A stretch of 64,000 bases of DNA. Origin: a virus. A program made the position numbers and the translations under genes. Location: IMG/VR virus record IMGVR_UViG_3300020478_000004, positions 44,526-108,525 of that record; one strand, 5' to 3'. Shown one piece after another: positions 9,552 through 19,970 of this stretch. Each line of letters begins with the position of its first letter. Within the stretch, counting starts at the first letter, position 1. A model generated the notes under the pieces. The model saw nothing but the letters and a program-made list of their open reading frames with translations. It ran no database searches and was not told the origin of the DNA.

Positions 9552-11144
9552 ATGAGCGTAAAAAGTCTAGATGGTGTTTTAACTAAAAAAGCCCACCAAC
9601 GTGAAAAGTTTGGTGAGGCAGAGATAGAACATCTTAAAAAATGTATGGATGACGATACAGGGTATCTTCATTTTGCACGAAATTTCTTTTATATTCAACA
9701 CCCTGTTGAAGGTAAGATGTTATTTAATCCCTTTAAATATCAAGAAGAACTTTTAAGTGCTTACCACCAACATAGATTTAATGTTAATATGTTACCACGA
9801 CAAAGTGGTAAAACAACTTGTGCTTCTGCATATCTTTTATGGTATGCTATGTTTCATCCTGATCAAACAATATTAATTGCCGCACATAAATTTGCTGGTG
9901 CTCAAGAAATTATGCAACGTATTCGTTATGGATATGAATTATGTCCTGACTTTATTCGTGCAGGAGTTACAAACTATAACAAAGGTTCGATGGAATTTGA
10001 AAATGGTAGTAGATTAATAAGTGCTACTACTACAGGAAATACTGGTAGAGGTATGTCTATATCTTTACTATATTGTGATGAGTTTGCATTTGTTAATCCT
10101 AGTATTGCAGATGAATTTTGGACTTCAATGTCACCTACACTAGCAACAGGTGGTCGTGCAATTATTACTTCAACACCAAACTCAGATGAAGATACGTTTG
10201 CAATTATATGGAAAGAATCACAAAATAAATTTGACGAAAACGGAATTGAAAAAGACGTAGGCATTAATGGATTTCATGGATATACTGCTGGATGGGACGA
10301 ACATCCTGACCGAGATGATGAATGGATGAAAGCAGAAATAGGTCGTATTGGTGAAGAAAGATTTAGACGTGAATATGGTTGTGAGTTTTTAGTTTACGAT
10401 GAAACATTAATTAACGCAATTAAATTATCTACAATGGAGGGAGTAGATCCTATACTTAATATGGGGCAGACTCGTTGGTATGGAACTCCAACTGGAGATA
10501 AAACTTATGTAATTGCTTTAGATCCATCAATGGGTACAGGTGGAGATTTTTCAGCGATACAAGTTATTGAGTTACCTACTTATAAACAAATAGGCGAGTG
10601 GAGACATAATACAACTCCAATTCCGACTCAAGTTAGAATTATGAAAGATATTTGCATTTATATTAGAGATAAATGTGGAACTCACGGGCAAAATATATAT
10701 TGGAGTGTAGAAAATAATGCTGTAGGAGAAGCCGCACTTATTGTTATTAATGACTTTGGTGAAGAAAATATTCCAGGAATGTTTGTAAGCGAGCCTATTA
10801 AAAAAGGACATATACGTAAATTTCGTAGAGGGTTTAATACAACACATATGACTAAAGTTAGTGCTTGTGCTAAACTAAAAACTATGATTGAAAATGATAG
10901 ATTACAAATAAACAGCAAATTATTAATAACTGAGCTTAAAGGGTTTATTGCATCTGGATCTAGTTATAAAGCAAAACCAGGAGAAACTGATGATTTAGTT
11001 ATGGCGGCTATACTAACAATGCGTATAATTACTGTACTAAAAGCCTGGGATCCTAGAGTATATGATACATTTAACCAAGCTGACGAAGAACCTGAAGATT
11101 ACGTGCCGCCTATGCCGATCATGGTTACCACGTTTCCAAGATAA
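9552..11144 (+). CDS. Terminase large subunit (gp17-like)
   Basis: Walker A PRQSGKTT, LLYCDEFAFV, ITSTPN, FRREYGCEF, RNase-H DPSMGTGGD, TDDLVMA; start at MSVKSL after TAAATA. Confidence 0.95.
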   Translation: MSVKSLDGVLTKKAHQREKFGEAEIEHLKKCMDDDTGYLHFARNFFYIQHPVEGKMLFNPFKYQEELLSAYHQHRFNVNMLPRQSGKTTCASAYLLWYAMFHPDQTILIAAHKFAGAQEIMQRIRYGYELCPDFIRAGVTNYNKGSMEFENGSRLISATTTGNTGRGMSISLLYCDEFAFVNPSIADEFWTSMSPTLATGGRAIITSTPNSDEDTFAIIWKESQNKFDENGIEKDVGINGFHGYTAGWDEHPDRDDEWMKAEIGRIGEERFRREYGCEFLVYDETLINAIKLSTMEGVDPILNMGQTRWYGTPTGDKTYVIALDPSMGTGGDFSAIQVIELPTYKQIGEWRHNTTPIPTQVRIMKDICIYIRDKCGTHGQNIYWSVENNAVGEAALIVINDFGEENIPGMFVSEPIKKGHIRKFRRGFNTTHMTKVSACAKLKTMIENDRLQINSKLLITELKGFIASGSSYKAKPGETDDLVMAAILTMRIITVLKAWDPRVYDTFNQADEEPEDYVPPMPIMVTTFPR

Positions 11145-11152
11145 ATAATAAC

Positions 11153-13072
11153 ATGAGCACAATGGATAAAATATCTGAGAATTTATTTGCTAAAATTAGG
11201 GGTCGTTTCCCATCAATTACATTGGGCGACGAAACAGGCGTAGTTACAGATGAGCCTAAATTAGCACGATATTTTGACTTTGATTTTAAAGATGGCGAAG
11301 AAACATTAGGAAAAGTAAGTATAACACTTAATGATGATGCTGGTGTAGTAGTAACATTTAATAATGATTTTGTTACTAATGAAAACGAAGATGTTAAAAA
11401 CAAATGGTACGACTTTTTAAAAGAGTTACGAGTATTTGCTAAGAAAAATATGTTAAATTTTGATACACGCGATATTACAAAATCAAATCTCGATAAACGA
11501 GATTATGCCCACTTAACTAAAACTAGTTCCGGAGACAACACAATGAGAGAATCAACAATGTACGGAACGAGTAGAACAAGCTATGAAGATGTTGGAACTG
11601 CTCGTTTAGTATTAAAACATAATCAGGCGGTTAATACAGAAATTCCTGGTTCAAGAACCCAACACGTTCATAGCATTTATATTGAAAGCGACAATGGTGA
11701 AAGATTTATGTATCCATATAGGCACTTAAATGGTGCGAGAGCATTAGCACGTCATGTCTCCGAAGGTGGTAATCTCTATGATGATTTTGGTAAACACATT
11801 GTTGGGTTAAGTGAAGAATTAGCAAAGTTACGTCAATTTAAAACATACATGAATCGTTCAGCAGTAATGGCAGAAGGTTTAAAACAATATATTGATGTTG
11901 TTAACGAAAGACTAGAATCTGTTAAAAAAGAATGTTTAAAATTACAACGTGAAACATATTATAAAGAAGCGTTTAAAGATTATAAACAAGAAGTTTTAGA
12001 AGAAGTTCCAGAAGATGTTACTAATAGTTGGATTGATGAATTAACTGTTAGATCATTTAATGAAGAATTAAAAAGTGTATTTCCTTACATTTATAAACTT
12101 ATTAACGACTCTAAGAAGGTTGAAGAGATTGATACAGTTGAAGGAATTAGTAAAGTAGTCGAAGATCACGGACCGAATGTTGATGAGTTCTTAACTAAAA
12201 TTGCAAATAGTGATGATTGGTTTCAATTAATAGATCAAGGTCTAACAGGAAAACACGGTCCTGAGATTGAAAAAGCATTACAAGATATGTACGATGGTGT
12301 TGCCGCTGATCATGGATTCCATGGCAAAGACGACCATGAAGAAATTTTTAATCGAATGCAGATGGATATCGAAGATGCATATGGCACTAAAGAAGAATTA
12401 GAACCACAAGCATTTGATCCAGTAGCAGAATACGAAAAAGTTGTTGACTATATTGTTGGTGAACAAGAAAATGCATTAACAGATGGGTCAGACGAAGATA
12501 AAGCTCAAGCAATTGATAGACTTAATGAATTGATGGGACAACATTTTCCAGCAGGTGTTAATGGTACAAACGCAATTGAAAGTTTAGCTGGAATAATTGA
12601 TGATCCAAAATTACAAGAAATGTTCCGCAAAGTTGGACAAAAAGATTCCGACATTTGTGTAAGACCACTTGTAATGAAATGGATTAAAGCACACGCACCA
12701 GACGTAACATCACAAATTAATACAGGTGATATGGACGGTGGAGCAGAAGTACCTGCAGAGGCGGCACCATTAGATCATCCAAAAACTTATATGGATCCAG
12801 AGCTAGTCAAAAAAATTGTCAAACAAAAAGGCGCAGAACGAGATAAAGAAAAAGGCGACAACAAAAAACCATCGGAAAGATTAGAAGAGCTAATCAAAAG
12901 TTATTATGATTACACAACTAATAAATTTCCAAAAGGCGAAACAGCAGTATTAACGGCTGTTGAAAAAGAATTTGGTGAGAAAAGTCTACCATATGCAGAA
13001 AAAATGATTGAGAAACTATTTTACGGCCAAGATGCAGAAATGGAACGTATAAAAAGTTTAGCAGGCGTATAA
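11153..13072 (+). CDS. Large acidic hypothetical protein (probably late/virion)
   Basis: 639-aa ORF with TAAATA upstream; ends RIKSLAGV. Confidence 0.7.
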   Translation: MSTMDKISENLFAKIRGRFPSITLGDETGVVTDEPKLARYFDFDFKDGEETLGKVSITLNDDAGVVVTFNNDFVTNENEDVKNKWYDFLKELRVFAKKNMLNFDTRDITKSNLDKRDYAHLTKTSSGDNTMRESTMYGTSRTSYEDVGTARLVLKHNQAVNTEIPGSRTQHVHSIYIESDNGERFMYPYRHLNGARALARHVSEGGNLYDDFGKHIVGLSEELAKLRQFKTYMNRSAVMAEGLKQYIDVVNERLESVKKECLKLQRETYYKEAFKDYKQEVLEEVPEDVTNSWIDELTVRSFNEELKSVFPYIYKLINDSKKVEEIDTVEGISKVVEDHGPNVDEFLTKIANSDDWFQLIDQGLTGKHGPEIEKALQDMYDGVAADHGFHGKDDHEEIFNRMQMDIEDAYGTKEELEPQAFDPVAEYEKVVDYIVGEQENALTDGSDEDKAQAIDRLNELMGQHFPAGVNGTNAIESLAGIIDDPKLQEMFRKVGQKDSDICVRPLVMKWIKAHAPDVTSQINTGDMDGGAEVPAEAAPLDHPKTYMDPELVKKIVKQKGAERDKEKGDNKKPSERLEELIKSYYDYTTNKFPKGETAVLTAVEKEFGEKSLPYAEKMIEKLFYGQDAEMERIKSLAGV

Positions 13073-13096
13073 ATCACTTTTTCGGCAACATAGAAC

Positions 13097-13125
13097 TTGA
13101 CTTACTAAATAAAAGATAGTAGTAT
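13097..13125 (+). promoter_or_regulatory. sigma70-type promoter with nested late TAAATA
   Basis: TTGACT-17 nt-TAGTAT; TAAATA lies in the spacer. Confidence 0.65.
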
Positions 13126-13191
13126 ATACGATATGTGCTACTGCTTAAGGCACTAAAGCGATAGGCTTAAAAATATAAGGAGGCTTAAATT

Positions 13192-14154
13192 ATGGCTACA
13201 TTAGCAGAAATTCGTGCAAAACTTAAAGAACAAGAGAATCGCTCTTCTGGCGGTTCAGGCGGCGGCGACAACGCCATTTACCCATTTTGGAATTTGAAAG
13301 AAGGAGAATCGGCAACGATTCGTTTCTTACCAGACGGAGATGAAAATAACACTTTCTTCTGGCAGGAACGTTTGATGATCAAACTACCTTTTGCAGGTGT
13401 TAAGAATGAATCCGATTCTAGACCTGTACAAGTTCAAGTACCATGTATGGAAATGTATGGTGAAACTTGCCCTGTATTAAGTGAAGTACGTGGTTGGTTC
13501 AAAGATAAAAATTTGGAAGACATGGGACGTAAATATTGGAAGAAACGTTCATATGTGTTTCAAGGCTTTGTAACTGATAACCCTCTTAAAGAGGACAATT
13601 CACCAGAAAACCCAATTCGTAGGTTTATCATTGGTCCGCAAATTTTTCAAATCATAAAGGGTGCATTAATGGATCCTGACATGAATGAATTACCAACAGA
13701 CTATACCGCAGGTGTAGACTTTAGAATTTCTAAAACTTCTAAAGGTGGTTATGCAGACTATTCAACTTCAACATGGGCTCGTAAAGAGCGTCCTTTGAAC
13801 GAAGACGAGTATAAGGCAATCGAAAATCATGGATTGTTTACTCTTAGCGACTACTTACCTAAGAAACCTAGTGAAGTAGAAGTTGAAGCTATCAAAGAGA
13901 TGTTTGAAAAATCTGTTGATGGTGAAGCATACGATATGGACAAATTTGGAAATTATTTCCGTCCAGCGGGAATGTCAGCTCGTACAGGTGATCCTGTAAA
14001 GGCGACTACTCCAAGTCCAAAAGCAACTCCAACTCCAGAAGCAACTGTAACTGAGAGTGTTGCAACTGAAACAGCAGAAGCACCAAAAACTGACAACAAT
14101 AAAGCGGAAGACATTTTAGCAATGATCCGCAATCGTCAGAACGACGCTAGTTAA
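13192..14154 (+). CDS. Single-stranded DNA-binding protein (T4 gp32-like)
   Basis: IRFLPD, CMEMYGETCPV, YWKKRSY, YADYSTS; upstream of uvsX. Confidence 0.9.
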   Translation: MATLAEIRAKLKEQENRSSGGSGGGDNAIYPFWNLKEGESATIRFLPDGDENNTFFWQERLMIKLPFAGVKNESDSRPVQVQVPCMEMYGETCPVLSEVRGWFKDKNLEDMGRKYWKKRSYVFQGFVTDNPLKEDNSPENPIRRFIIGPQIFQIIKGALMDPDMNELPTDYTAGVDFRISKTSKGGYADYSTSTWARKERPLNEDEYKAIENHGLFTLSDYLPKKPSEVEVEAIKEMFEKSVDGEAYDMDKFGNYFRPAGMSARTGDPVKATTPSPKATPTPEATVTESVATETAEAPKTDNNKAEDILAMIRNRQNDAS

Positions 14155-14159
14155 AGTAT

Positions 14160-14183
14160 AAAGGGGGGCTTCGGTCCCCCTTT
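14160..14183 (+). terminator. Hairpin/terminator after SSB gene
   Basis: AAAGGGGGGC-TTCG-GTCCCCCTTT. Confidence 0.65.
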
Positions 14184-14205
14184 CAATTTGGATTAAGGAG
14201 ATATA

Positions 14206-15258
14206 ATGACCAATAAAGTATTCGACGTTTCTAAGTTTCGTAAAAACTTAACTAAATCAATAACCGGTATGAGTCATGGGTTTCATGATCCAACTGATTG
14301 GATCAGCACAGGAAACTTTGCACTCAATTATCTTATTAGTGGCGACTTCCATAAAGGCGTACCGCTAGGTAAGGTTACAGTTCTGGCCGGTGAATCAGGT
14401 TCAGGTAAATCATTTATAGCGGCAGGTAATTTAGTACGAGCCGCACAAGAACAAGGTATCTATGTTATTCTAATTGATTCAGAAAATGCATTAGATGAAA
14501 CATGGTTACAGGCATTAAATGTAGACACCGACGATAAAAAATTACTCAAATTAGGTATGAGTATGGTTGATGATGTTGCAAAAACAGTATCAACTTTTAT
14601 GACAGACTACAGAGAAATGCCAGAAGAAGAACGCCCAAAAATATTATTTGTTATTGATAGTTTAGGTATGTTATTAACACCTACTGATGTTGATCAATTT
14701 ACAAAAGGTGATATGAAGGGTGATATGGGACGTAAACCAAAGGCATTAACAGCTCTTGTTAGAAATTGTGTTAATATGTTTGGTAGTCATAATGTAGGGC
14801 TTGTAGCAACTAATCACACGTATGCATCGCAAGATATGTTTGATCCAGACGATAAGATTAGTGGTGGACAAGGCTTTATATATGCAAGTTCAATAGTTAT
14901 AGCAATGAAAAAGCTAAAACTAAAAGAGGACGAAGACGGTAAAAAGGTTACTGATGTACGTGGTATTAGAGCCGCTTGTAAGGTAATGAAAACACGTTAC
15001 GCCAAGCCTTTTGAATCTGTACAAGTTAAAATTCCATATGAAACTGGAATGGATCCATACTCGGGGCTAGTTGACTTATTTGAGAAGAAAGGCCTACTAA
15101 AACAACAAGGCAATCGACTTAAATACGTTGATTCTTCAAAACAGGAGCATCTGCATTATCGGAAAGACTGGGACGGTGAGAAGTTAGAGATAATTATGAA
15201 TGACTTCAAGAACCTTAATGTAGACGAGGCAGTTGAAGATGAAAACACTGAGGAGTAA
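14206..15258 (+). CDS. uvsX: RecA-like recombinase UvsX
   Basis: GESGSGKS Walker A, IDSENALD, VIDSLGML, SGGQGFIYASS. Confidence 0.93.
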   Translation: MTNKVFDVSKFRKNLTKSITGMSHGFHDPTDWISTGNFALNYLISGDFHKGVPLGKVTVLAGESGSGKSFIAAGNLVRAAQEQGIYVILIDSENALDETWLQALNVDTDDKKLLKLGMSMVDDVAKTVSTFMTDYREMPEEERPKILFVIDSLGMLLTPTDVDQFTKGDMKGDMGRKPKALTALVRNCVNMFGSHNVGLVATNHTYASQDMFDPDDKISGGQGFIYASSIVIAMKKLKLKEDEDGKKVTDVRGIRAACKVMKTRYAKPFESVQVKIPYETGMDPYSGLVDLFEKKGLLKQQGNRLKYVDSSKQEHLHYRKDWDGEKLEIIMNDFKNLNVDEAVEDENTEE

Positions 15259-15265
15259 AAATCTT

Positions 15266-15502
15266 ATGGAAAGTGGTTCACAAATTAGTGAAATCTGGTC
15301 ATGCTTTAAAGAATATGTTGATAAAAAACATATTGAAACAGTAGCAGAACGTTTTGTTGACTTATGTGCAGACTATGGCACACCAGATGAAGCATTTAGA
15401 GATGCACTAGGCGTAGATAACGAACTAGACAAGGCAATAACATATTACTTAGATGAGGATTTTGATGACAACGACGATTGGACTGAAGACGAGGACTTTT
15501 AA
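15266..15502 (+). CDS. Small acidic hypothetical protein
   Basis: GAGGAG RBS; lies between uvsX and uvsY. Confidence 0.65.
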   Translation: MESGSQISEIWSCFKEYVDKKHIETVAERFVDLCADYGTPDEAFRDALGVDNELDKAITYYLDEDFDDNDDWTEDEDF

Positions 15503-15957
15503 TGGGCTGGTATTCTGATATTGCCAAAGATGTTGGCAAGATACCTGCGGCAATTGGTTATTTTGAACATGAATTAGAAGAAGCAAAAGCTGAGGTAAGA
15601 ATTAGAGGAAATGTAGAAAAATCTGCGGCGGAAATGCCGGGGATTGTTGAACATCGATTTAATCAACTTCAAGAATTAGAAGCAATATTAGAATATTTAA
15701 ACATTGAATTGCGTAGGCTAAGAAGTAGATATTTTAGAAAATATTTGGAAAATTATCAAAGAGCATTAAGTAGTCGTGACGTAGAAAAGTATGTTGACGG
15801 CGAAGCAGACGTAGTTGACTACGAAAAAATTATAAATGAGTTTGCATTAATGCGTAATAAATGGTTAGGAGTCACAAAAGCACTCGACCAAAAACAATGG
15901 CAACTAACTAATATAGTAAAACTTCGTGTTGCAGGAATGGAAGATGCTAGACTGTAG
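15502..15957 (+). CDS. uvsY: Recombination mediator UvsY-like
   Basis: FRKYLENYQRALSSRDVEKYVDGE, KQWQLTNIVKLRVAGMED. Confidence 0.85.
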   Translation: MGWYSDIAKDVGKIPAAIGYFEHELEEAKAEVRIRGNVEKSAAEMPGIVEHRFNQLQELEAILEYLNIELRRLRSRYFRKYLENYQRALSSRDVEKYVDGEADVVDYEKIINEFALMRNKWLGVTKALDQKQWQLTNIVKLRVAGMEDARL

Positions 15958-15969
15958 AGAGGAAAATGA

Positions 15970-16671
15970 ATGAAACTAACAGATACACAATTAGGTAAAC
16001 AAATACAAGATCAATATGGTGGTAATCACCGAGGTACTGATCATAAAGAGGAAAAGGCCGAATCTAATAGATTACCTACACCTCAAGAATATGCAGAAAT
16101 GTATAAAGAAAAATACGAAAGAACAGGACATCCTGCTTTGCCAGGATCTATTCAAAAAATAGAACGATATGATCGTATGCCTAAAGCTACATTTGTTAAT
16201 AGAGTAATGGGCGACTTCCAAAAAATTAGTACTGAAGAAATTTTTCCAAATAAAAAAGTTGTATTGTTTGGTTTACCAGGTGCATTTACACCAACGTGTT
16301 CAACTAAACAATTACCAGCATATGACGAAGCATATGATAGGTTTAAAGGTCTAGGTGTTGACGAAGTTTATTGTGTATCAATGAATGATGGCTTTGTTAT
16401 GAATGCTTGGGGTGAACAACTTGGTATTAAAAATGTAAAATTACTTGCTGACGGCAATGGTGATTTTACACAATCCTTAGGAATGAGTGTTAATAAAAGA
16501 CATCTCGGCTTTGGTCCACGTTCGTGGCGTTATTCAATTTATGTTATTAATAGCATTGTTGATAAAGCATTTATTGAACCGGGATTTAATCAAACAGGTG
16601 AAGACAATGATCCTTATGAATGTACTGATCCTGAAACAATAATCAATTATATCCAAACAACATTACGTTAA
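15970..16671 (+). CDS. Peroxiredoxin (Prx5 family) with N-terminal extension
   Basis: GLPGAFTPTCS, SMNDGFVMNAW, LADGNGDFT, RSWRY. Confidence 0.92.
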   Translation: MKLTDTQLGKQIQDQYGGNHRGTDHKEEKAESNRLPTPQEYAEMYKEKYERTGHPALPGSIQKIERYDRMPKATFVNRVMGDFQKISTEEIFPNKKVVLFGLPGAFTPTCSTKQLPAYDEAYDRFKGLGVDEVYCVSMNDGFVMNAWGEQLGIKNVKLLADGNGDFTQSLGMSVNKRHLGFGPRSWRYSIYVINSIVDKAFIEPGFNQTGEDNDPYECTDPETIINYIQTTLR

Positions 16672-16689
16672 TTATTAAATACAGTTGTA

Positions 16690-17448
16690 ATGACAATTGT
16701 ATTAGTAACCGGTGGATTCGATCCAATTCACTCTGGCCATATAGCATACTTCGAAGAAGCAAAAAAGCTCGGCGATGAACTATGGGTTGGAATTAATTCT
16801 GACGCATGGCTAATGCGTAAAAAAGGTAGAGCGTTTATGCCTTTTAACGAACGTGCTACAATAGTAAAAAATCTTAAAATGGTAGATAGAGTTATTGACG
16901 TCCCAAATGACGACAAAGTTGATAATTCTGGAGGAGCTATTTTTAAATCATTTGCCGTCGGTGCTAAAAAAATTATTTTTGCTAACGGAGGTGATAGAAC
17001 TAAAGAAAATATTCCCGAAATGAAACATTGGGGTGATAATCCGAATGTAAAATTTGTATTTGGTGTAGGAGGTGATAAACAAAATTCTAGTAGTTGGATA
17101 TTAGAAGAATGGAAAAGTCCTAAAACAGTACGCAATTGGGGATGGTATAGAGTATTAGATGACAAGCCTGGTTACAAAGTTAAAGAACTAGTAATAGAAC
17201 CTGGCAAAAGTTTAAGTATGCAACGACATGAATATAGGTCCGAACATTGGTACGTATTAAAAGGCAAGTGTTTAATTAGAACAGAATGGGAAGATAGAGT
17301 AGACGAACATAGTATTGATGAAAATAATACATATACAATTGGTAGAGCTGTATGGCATAGAGGAATTAATGAAACATCAAAACCGTGTCATATACTAGAA
17401 GTGCAGTACGGTGAAAAATGTATAGAGGAAGATATAGAACGTAAATGA
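16690..17448 (+). CDS. Cytidylyltransferase fused to mannose-6-phosphate-isomerase-like cupin
   Basis: TGGFDPIHSGH (HxGH), FANGGDR; C-terminal SLSMQRHEYRSEHW, LEVQYG. Confidence 0.88.
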   Translation: MTIVLVTGGFDPIHSGHIAYFEEAKKLGDELWVGINSDAWLMRKKGRAFMPFNERATIVKNLKMVDRVIDVPNDDKVDNSGGAIFKSFAVGAKKIIFANGGDRTKENIPEMKHWGDNPNVKFVFGVGGDKQNSSSWILEEWKSPKTVRNWGWYRVLDDKPGYKVKELVIEPGKSLSMQRHEYRSEHWYVLKGKCLIRTEWEDRVDEHSIDENNTYTIGRAVWHRGINETSKPCHILEVQYGEKCIEEDIERK

Positions 17449-18164
17449 AAACAAAAAAAGAATTAGCCTGGGAACGTAAATTACAACAAGATATTGATCA
17501 TTCGCACTTAACTGATGAAGAATGGTATATGGTAGGAGTGTGTAAACCATATACTATGACAAGCGGTAAAAGACTTTTACATACATTTAATACTGTTAAA
17601 GAACTAGATAAAAATAATATTAAAGGTGATATAGTAGAATGTGGAGTATGGCGTGGCGGACAAATAATTAGTGCCTGGTTAGCAAATAAAACAACAAATA
17701 GAAATTTTTGGTTGTTTGATACATTTGAAGGAATGACTCCTCCAACAACTAATGATTATAAAATTAATCCAGATGGATCAAAAGGATTTGCTCATGACAG
17801 TGGTAAAGCAAAAGCAGGTTATGATCAATGGTGTAGAGCAGAATTACAAGAAGTTGTAAACAATTTAAATCCATATATTCCACAAAAGCAAACACATTAC
17901 GTTGTTGGAGATATATGTGAAACACTTAAAAATCCAAAAAATATTCCTGATCAAATTGCATTACTTCGTTTAGATACCGACTGGTATGACAGTACAATGG
18001 CCGAATTAACACATTTATGGCCTAAAGTAGTGTCAGGCGGTATATGTGTACTAGATGATTATAACAGTTGGCAAGGTAGTAAAAAAGCCTTTCATGACAC
18101 CTTTGGAGATACAATAAAGATACATACTATTGACCAGGTGGCAGTCTGGTTTCAGAAGGAGTAA
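17445..18164 (+). CDS. TylF/MycF-family O-methyltransferase
   Basis: GDIVECGVWRGG, FDTFEGM, LRLDTDWYDST, LDDY. Confidence 0.9.
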   Translation: MKTKKELAWERKLQQDIDHSHLTDEEWYMVGVCKPYTMTSGKRLLHTFNTVKELDKNNIKGDIVECGVWRGGQIISAWLANKTTNRNFWLFDTFEGMTPPTTNDYKINPDGSKGFAHDSGKAKAGYDQWCRAELQEVVNNLNPYIPQKQTHYVVGDICETLKNPKNIPDQIALLRLDTDWYDSTMAELTHLWPKVVSGGICVLDDYNSWQGSKKAFHDTFGDTIKIHTIDQVAVWFQKE

Positions 18165-18165
18165 T

Positions 18166-18915
18166 ATGGGTACAAGAGGCATGAGACAATTAAAAAATCC
18201 TAATCAGCTACAACTTTCGGAGTTGGCAACAAATAAAGTCTTTATAGGATATGATGTTAGAAGTGATATTCCTTGGCAGGTTTGTGAGCATAGTATTAAA
18301 CGATTTAATAATAACATTGAAGTCCAACCATTAGCACAAAAGGATTTACGAGAACGTAAGTTATATTGGAGAGATGAAGATAAACTTGCTTCAACGGAAT
18401 TTACATTTACAAGATTTTTAGTGCCTGCATTAATGAATTATAACGGTTGGGCATTATTTTGTGATGATGATATTATATTTTTAGAAGATGTACAAAACTT
18501 ATTCGATTTAGCTGACAACAAATATGCAGTTATGTGTGTACAACACGATCATAATCCATCACCGGGTATGAAAATGGATGGTCGAGTACAAACACAATAT
18601 CCAAGAAAAAACTGGAGTTCGGTAGTATTATGGAACTGTGGACATCCAAGTAATCAAAAAATTACAGTTGATTTAATTAACAATCCTGACACAACAGGAA
18701 AATATTTACATAGATTTTCTTGGCTTAAAGATGAAGAAATAGGTAAGATTTCAAACGAATGGAATTGGTTAGTTGGTTGGTATAAAGAACCACAAGACGG
18801 TACACCTAAGGCATTACATTATACAGAAGGTGGACCTTGGTTTAAAAATTATCGTGACTGTGAGTATAATCAAGTTTGGAAAGATGTACTTGCAGAAACA
18901 ATGCAAGGGAAATAA
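18166..18915 (+). CDS. Glycosyltransferase (GT-A, GT8-like)
   Basis: VFIGYD, STEFTFTRFLVP, FCDDD, YPRKNWSS, HYTEGGPW. Confidence 0.85.
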   Translation: MGTRGMRQLKNPNQLQLSELATNKVFIGYDVRSDIPWQVCEHSIKRFNNNIEVQPLAQKDLRERKLYWRDEDKLASTEFTFTRFLVPALMNYNGWALFCDDDIIFLEDVQNLFDLADNKYAVMCVQHDHNPSPGMKMDGRVQTQYPRKNWSSVVLWNCGHPSNQKITVDLINNPDTTGKYLHRFSWLKDEEIGKISNEWNWLVGWYKEPQDGTPKALHYTEGGPWFKNYRDCEYNQVWKDVLAETMQGK

Positions 18916-18917
18916 AA

Positions 18918-19970
18918 ATGGAATGGGACCCCAGACATTTGAAACCCGAATTAAAAAATTTAGTTAATAACATTTTAGCCGCAGTTGCACAAGGCAAAGC
19001 TAAAGATGCCGTTAATGCTGTAACTGAAGCATTTGAAGATGTTAAATCTCCTGAATTAATTTGTGTTGATAGTGGAATTAAAAAAGTAGAGAAAAAAGAA
19101 AAAGCACCATTTGGATTAGTAGATTCATTTGTAATGGCAATGGCTTTAGGTTCCAATGGAAAATATATTAGAGCAGATGATTTAGACTGGAACGATAAAA
19201 CTCCTTTATTAGTTAGAGGTTTAGGCAAAACTAAAATTATTAAAAGATGTATTGAAGAAGGTAGAGATTTTTACTTTATGGATACAGGGTATATAGGAAA
19301 TAATCCTAGTCCTTTAAATCCTAATGGTAAAAAGATGTATCATAGAATAGTTAAAAATGCATTACAAAATCTTCATATGCCGGCAAGAGATAGAATTGAA
19401 GATAAAGGAAAAGATCCTCGTGATGATGATCAAACTGCACAAAGAAAATTAGACGCTAACTTATTAATAAAAGCTCCCGAACATTATAGTGGTGAAAGAT
19501 GGAAACGTCTTGGTATACAATTTAAAGACGTTACAAATGGTAGAAAAATACTTGTTGTTCCTCCTAGTGAAAAAGTTATGAAATTCTTTGAATTAGATTT
19601 AGACGTATGGATTGAAAATACTATTCTAGAAATTAAAAAGCACACACAACGTCCAGTAGAACTTAGAAGAAAACCAAGTAGAGAAGCTAGAGTTTCTACA
19701 CAAACAATGGAACAAGCATTAGATGAAGATGTACATTGTATGGTTACATTTAATAGTATTGCGGCTTTAGAAGCAATGATTTATGGTAAACCTGCGTTAG
19801 TATTAGGTCCTAATTGTGCTCAAGATCTTTGTGAGAAAAAGATTGAACGAATTGAATTTATAAAACATCCTGGACGAAAACAACTTACATGGCTTTGTCG
19901 TTATTTGGCTAATAATCAATTTACGTATGACGAAATGCTTAATGGATATGCTTGGAGTAAAATAAAATGA
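18918..19970 (+). CDS. Capsule-synthesis-like (GT-B) protein, paralog 1
   Basis: DTGY...; C-terminal VTFNSIAALEAMIYGKP. Confidence 0.6.
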   Translation: MEWDPRHLKPELKNLVNNILAAVAQGKAKDAVNAVTEAFEDVKSPELICVDSGIKKVEKKEKAPFGLVDSFVMAMALGSNGKYIRADDLDWNDKTPLLVRGLGKTKIIKRCIEEGRDFYFMDTGYIGNNPSPLNPNGKKMYHRIVKNALQNLHMPARDRIEDKGKDPRDDDQTAQRKLDANLLIKAPEHYSGERWKRLGIQFKDVTNGRKILVVPPSEKVMKFFELDLDVWIENTILEIKKHTQRPVELRRKPSREARVSTQTMEQALDEDVHCMVTFNSIAALEAMIYGKPALVLGPNCAQDLCEKKIERIEFIKHPGRKQLTWLCRYLANNQFTYDEMLNGYAWSKIK

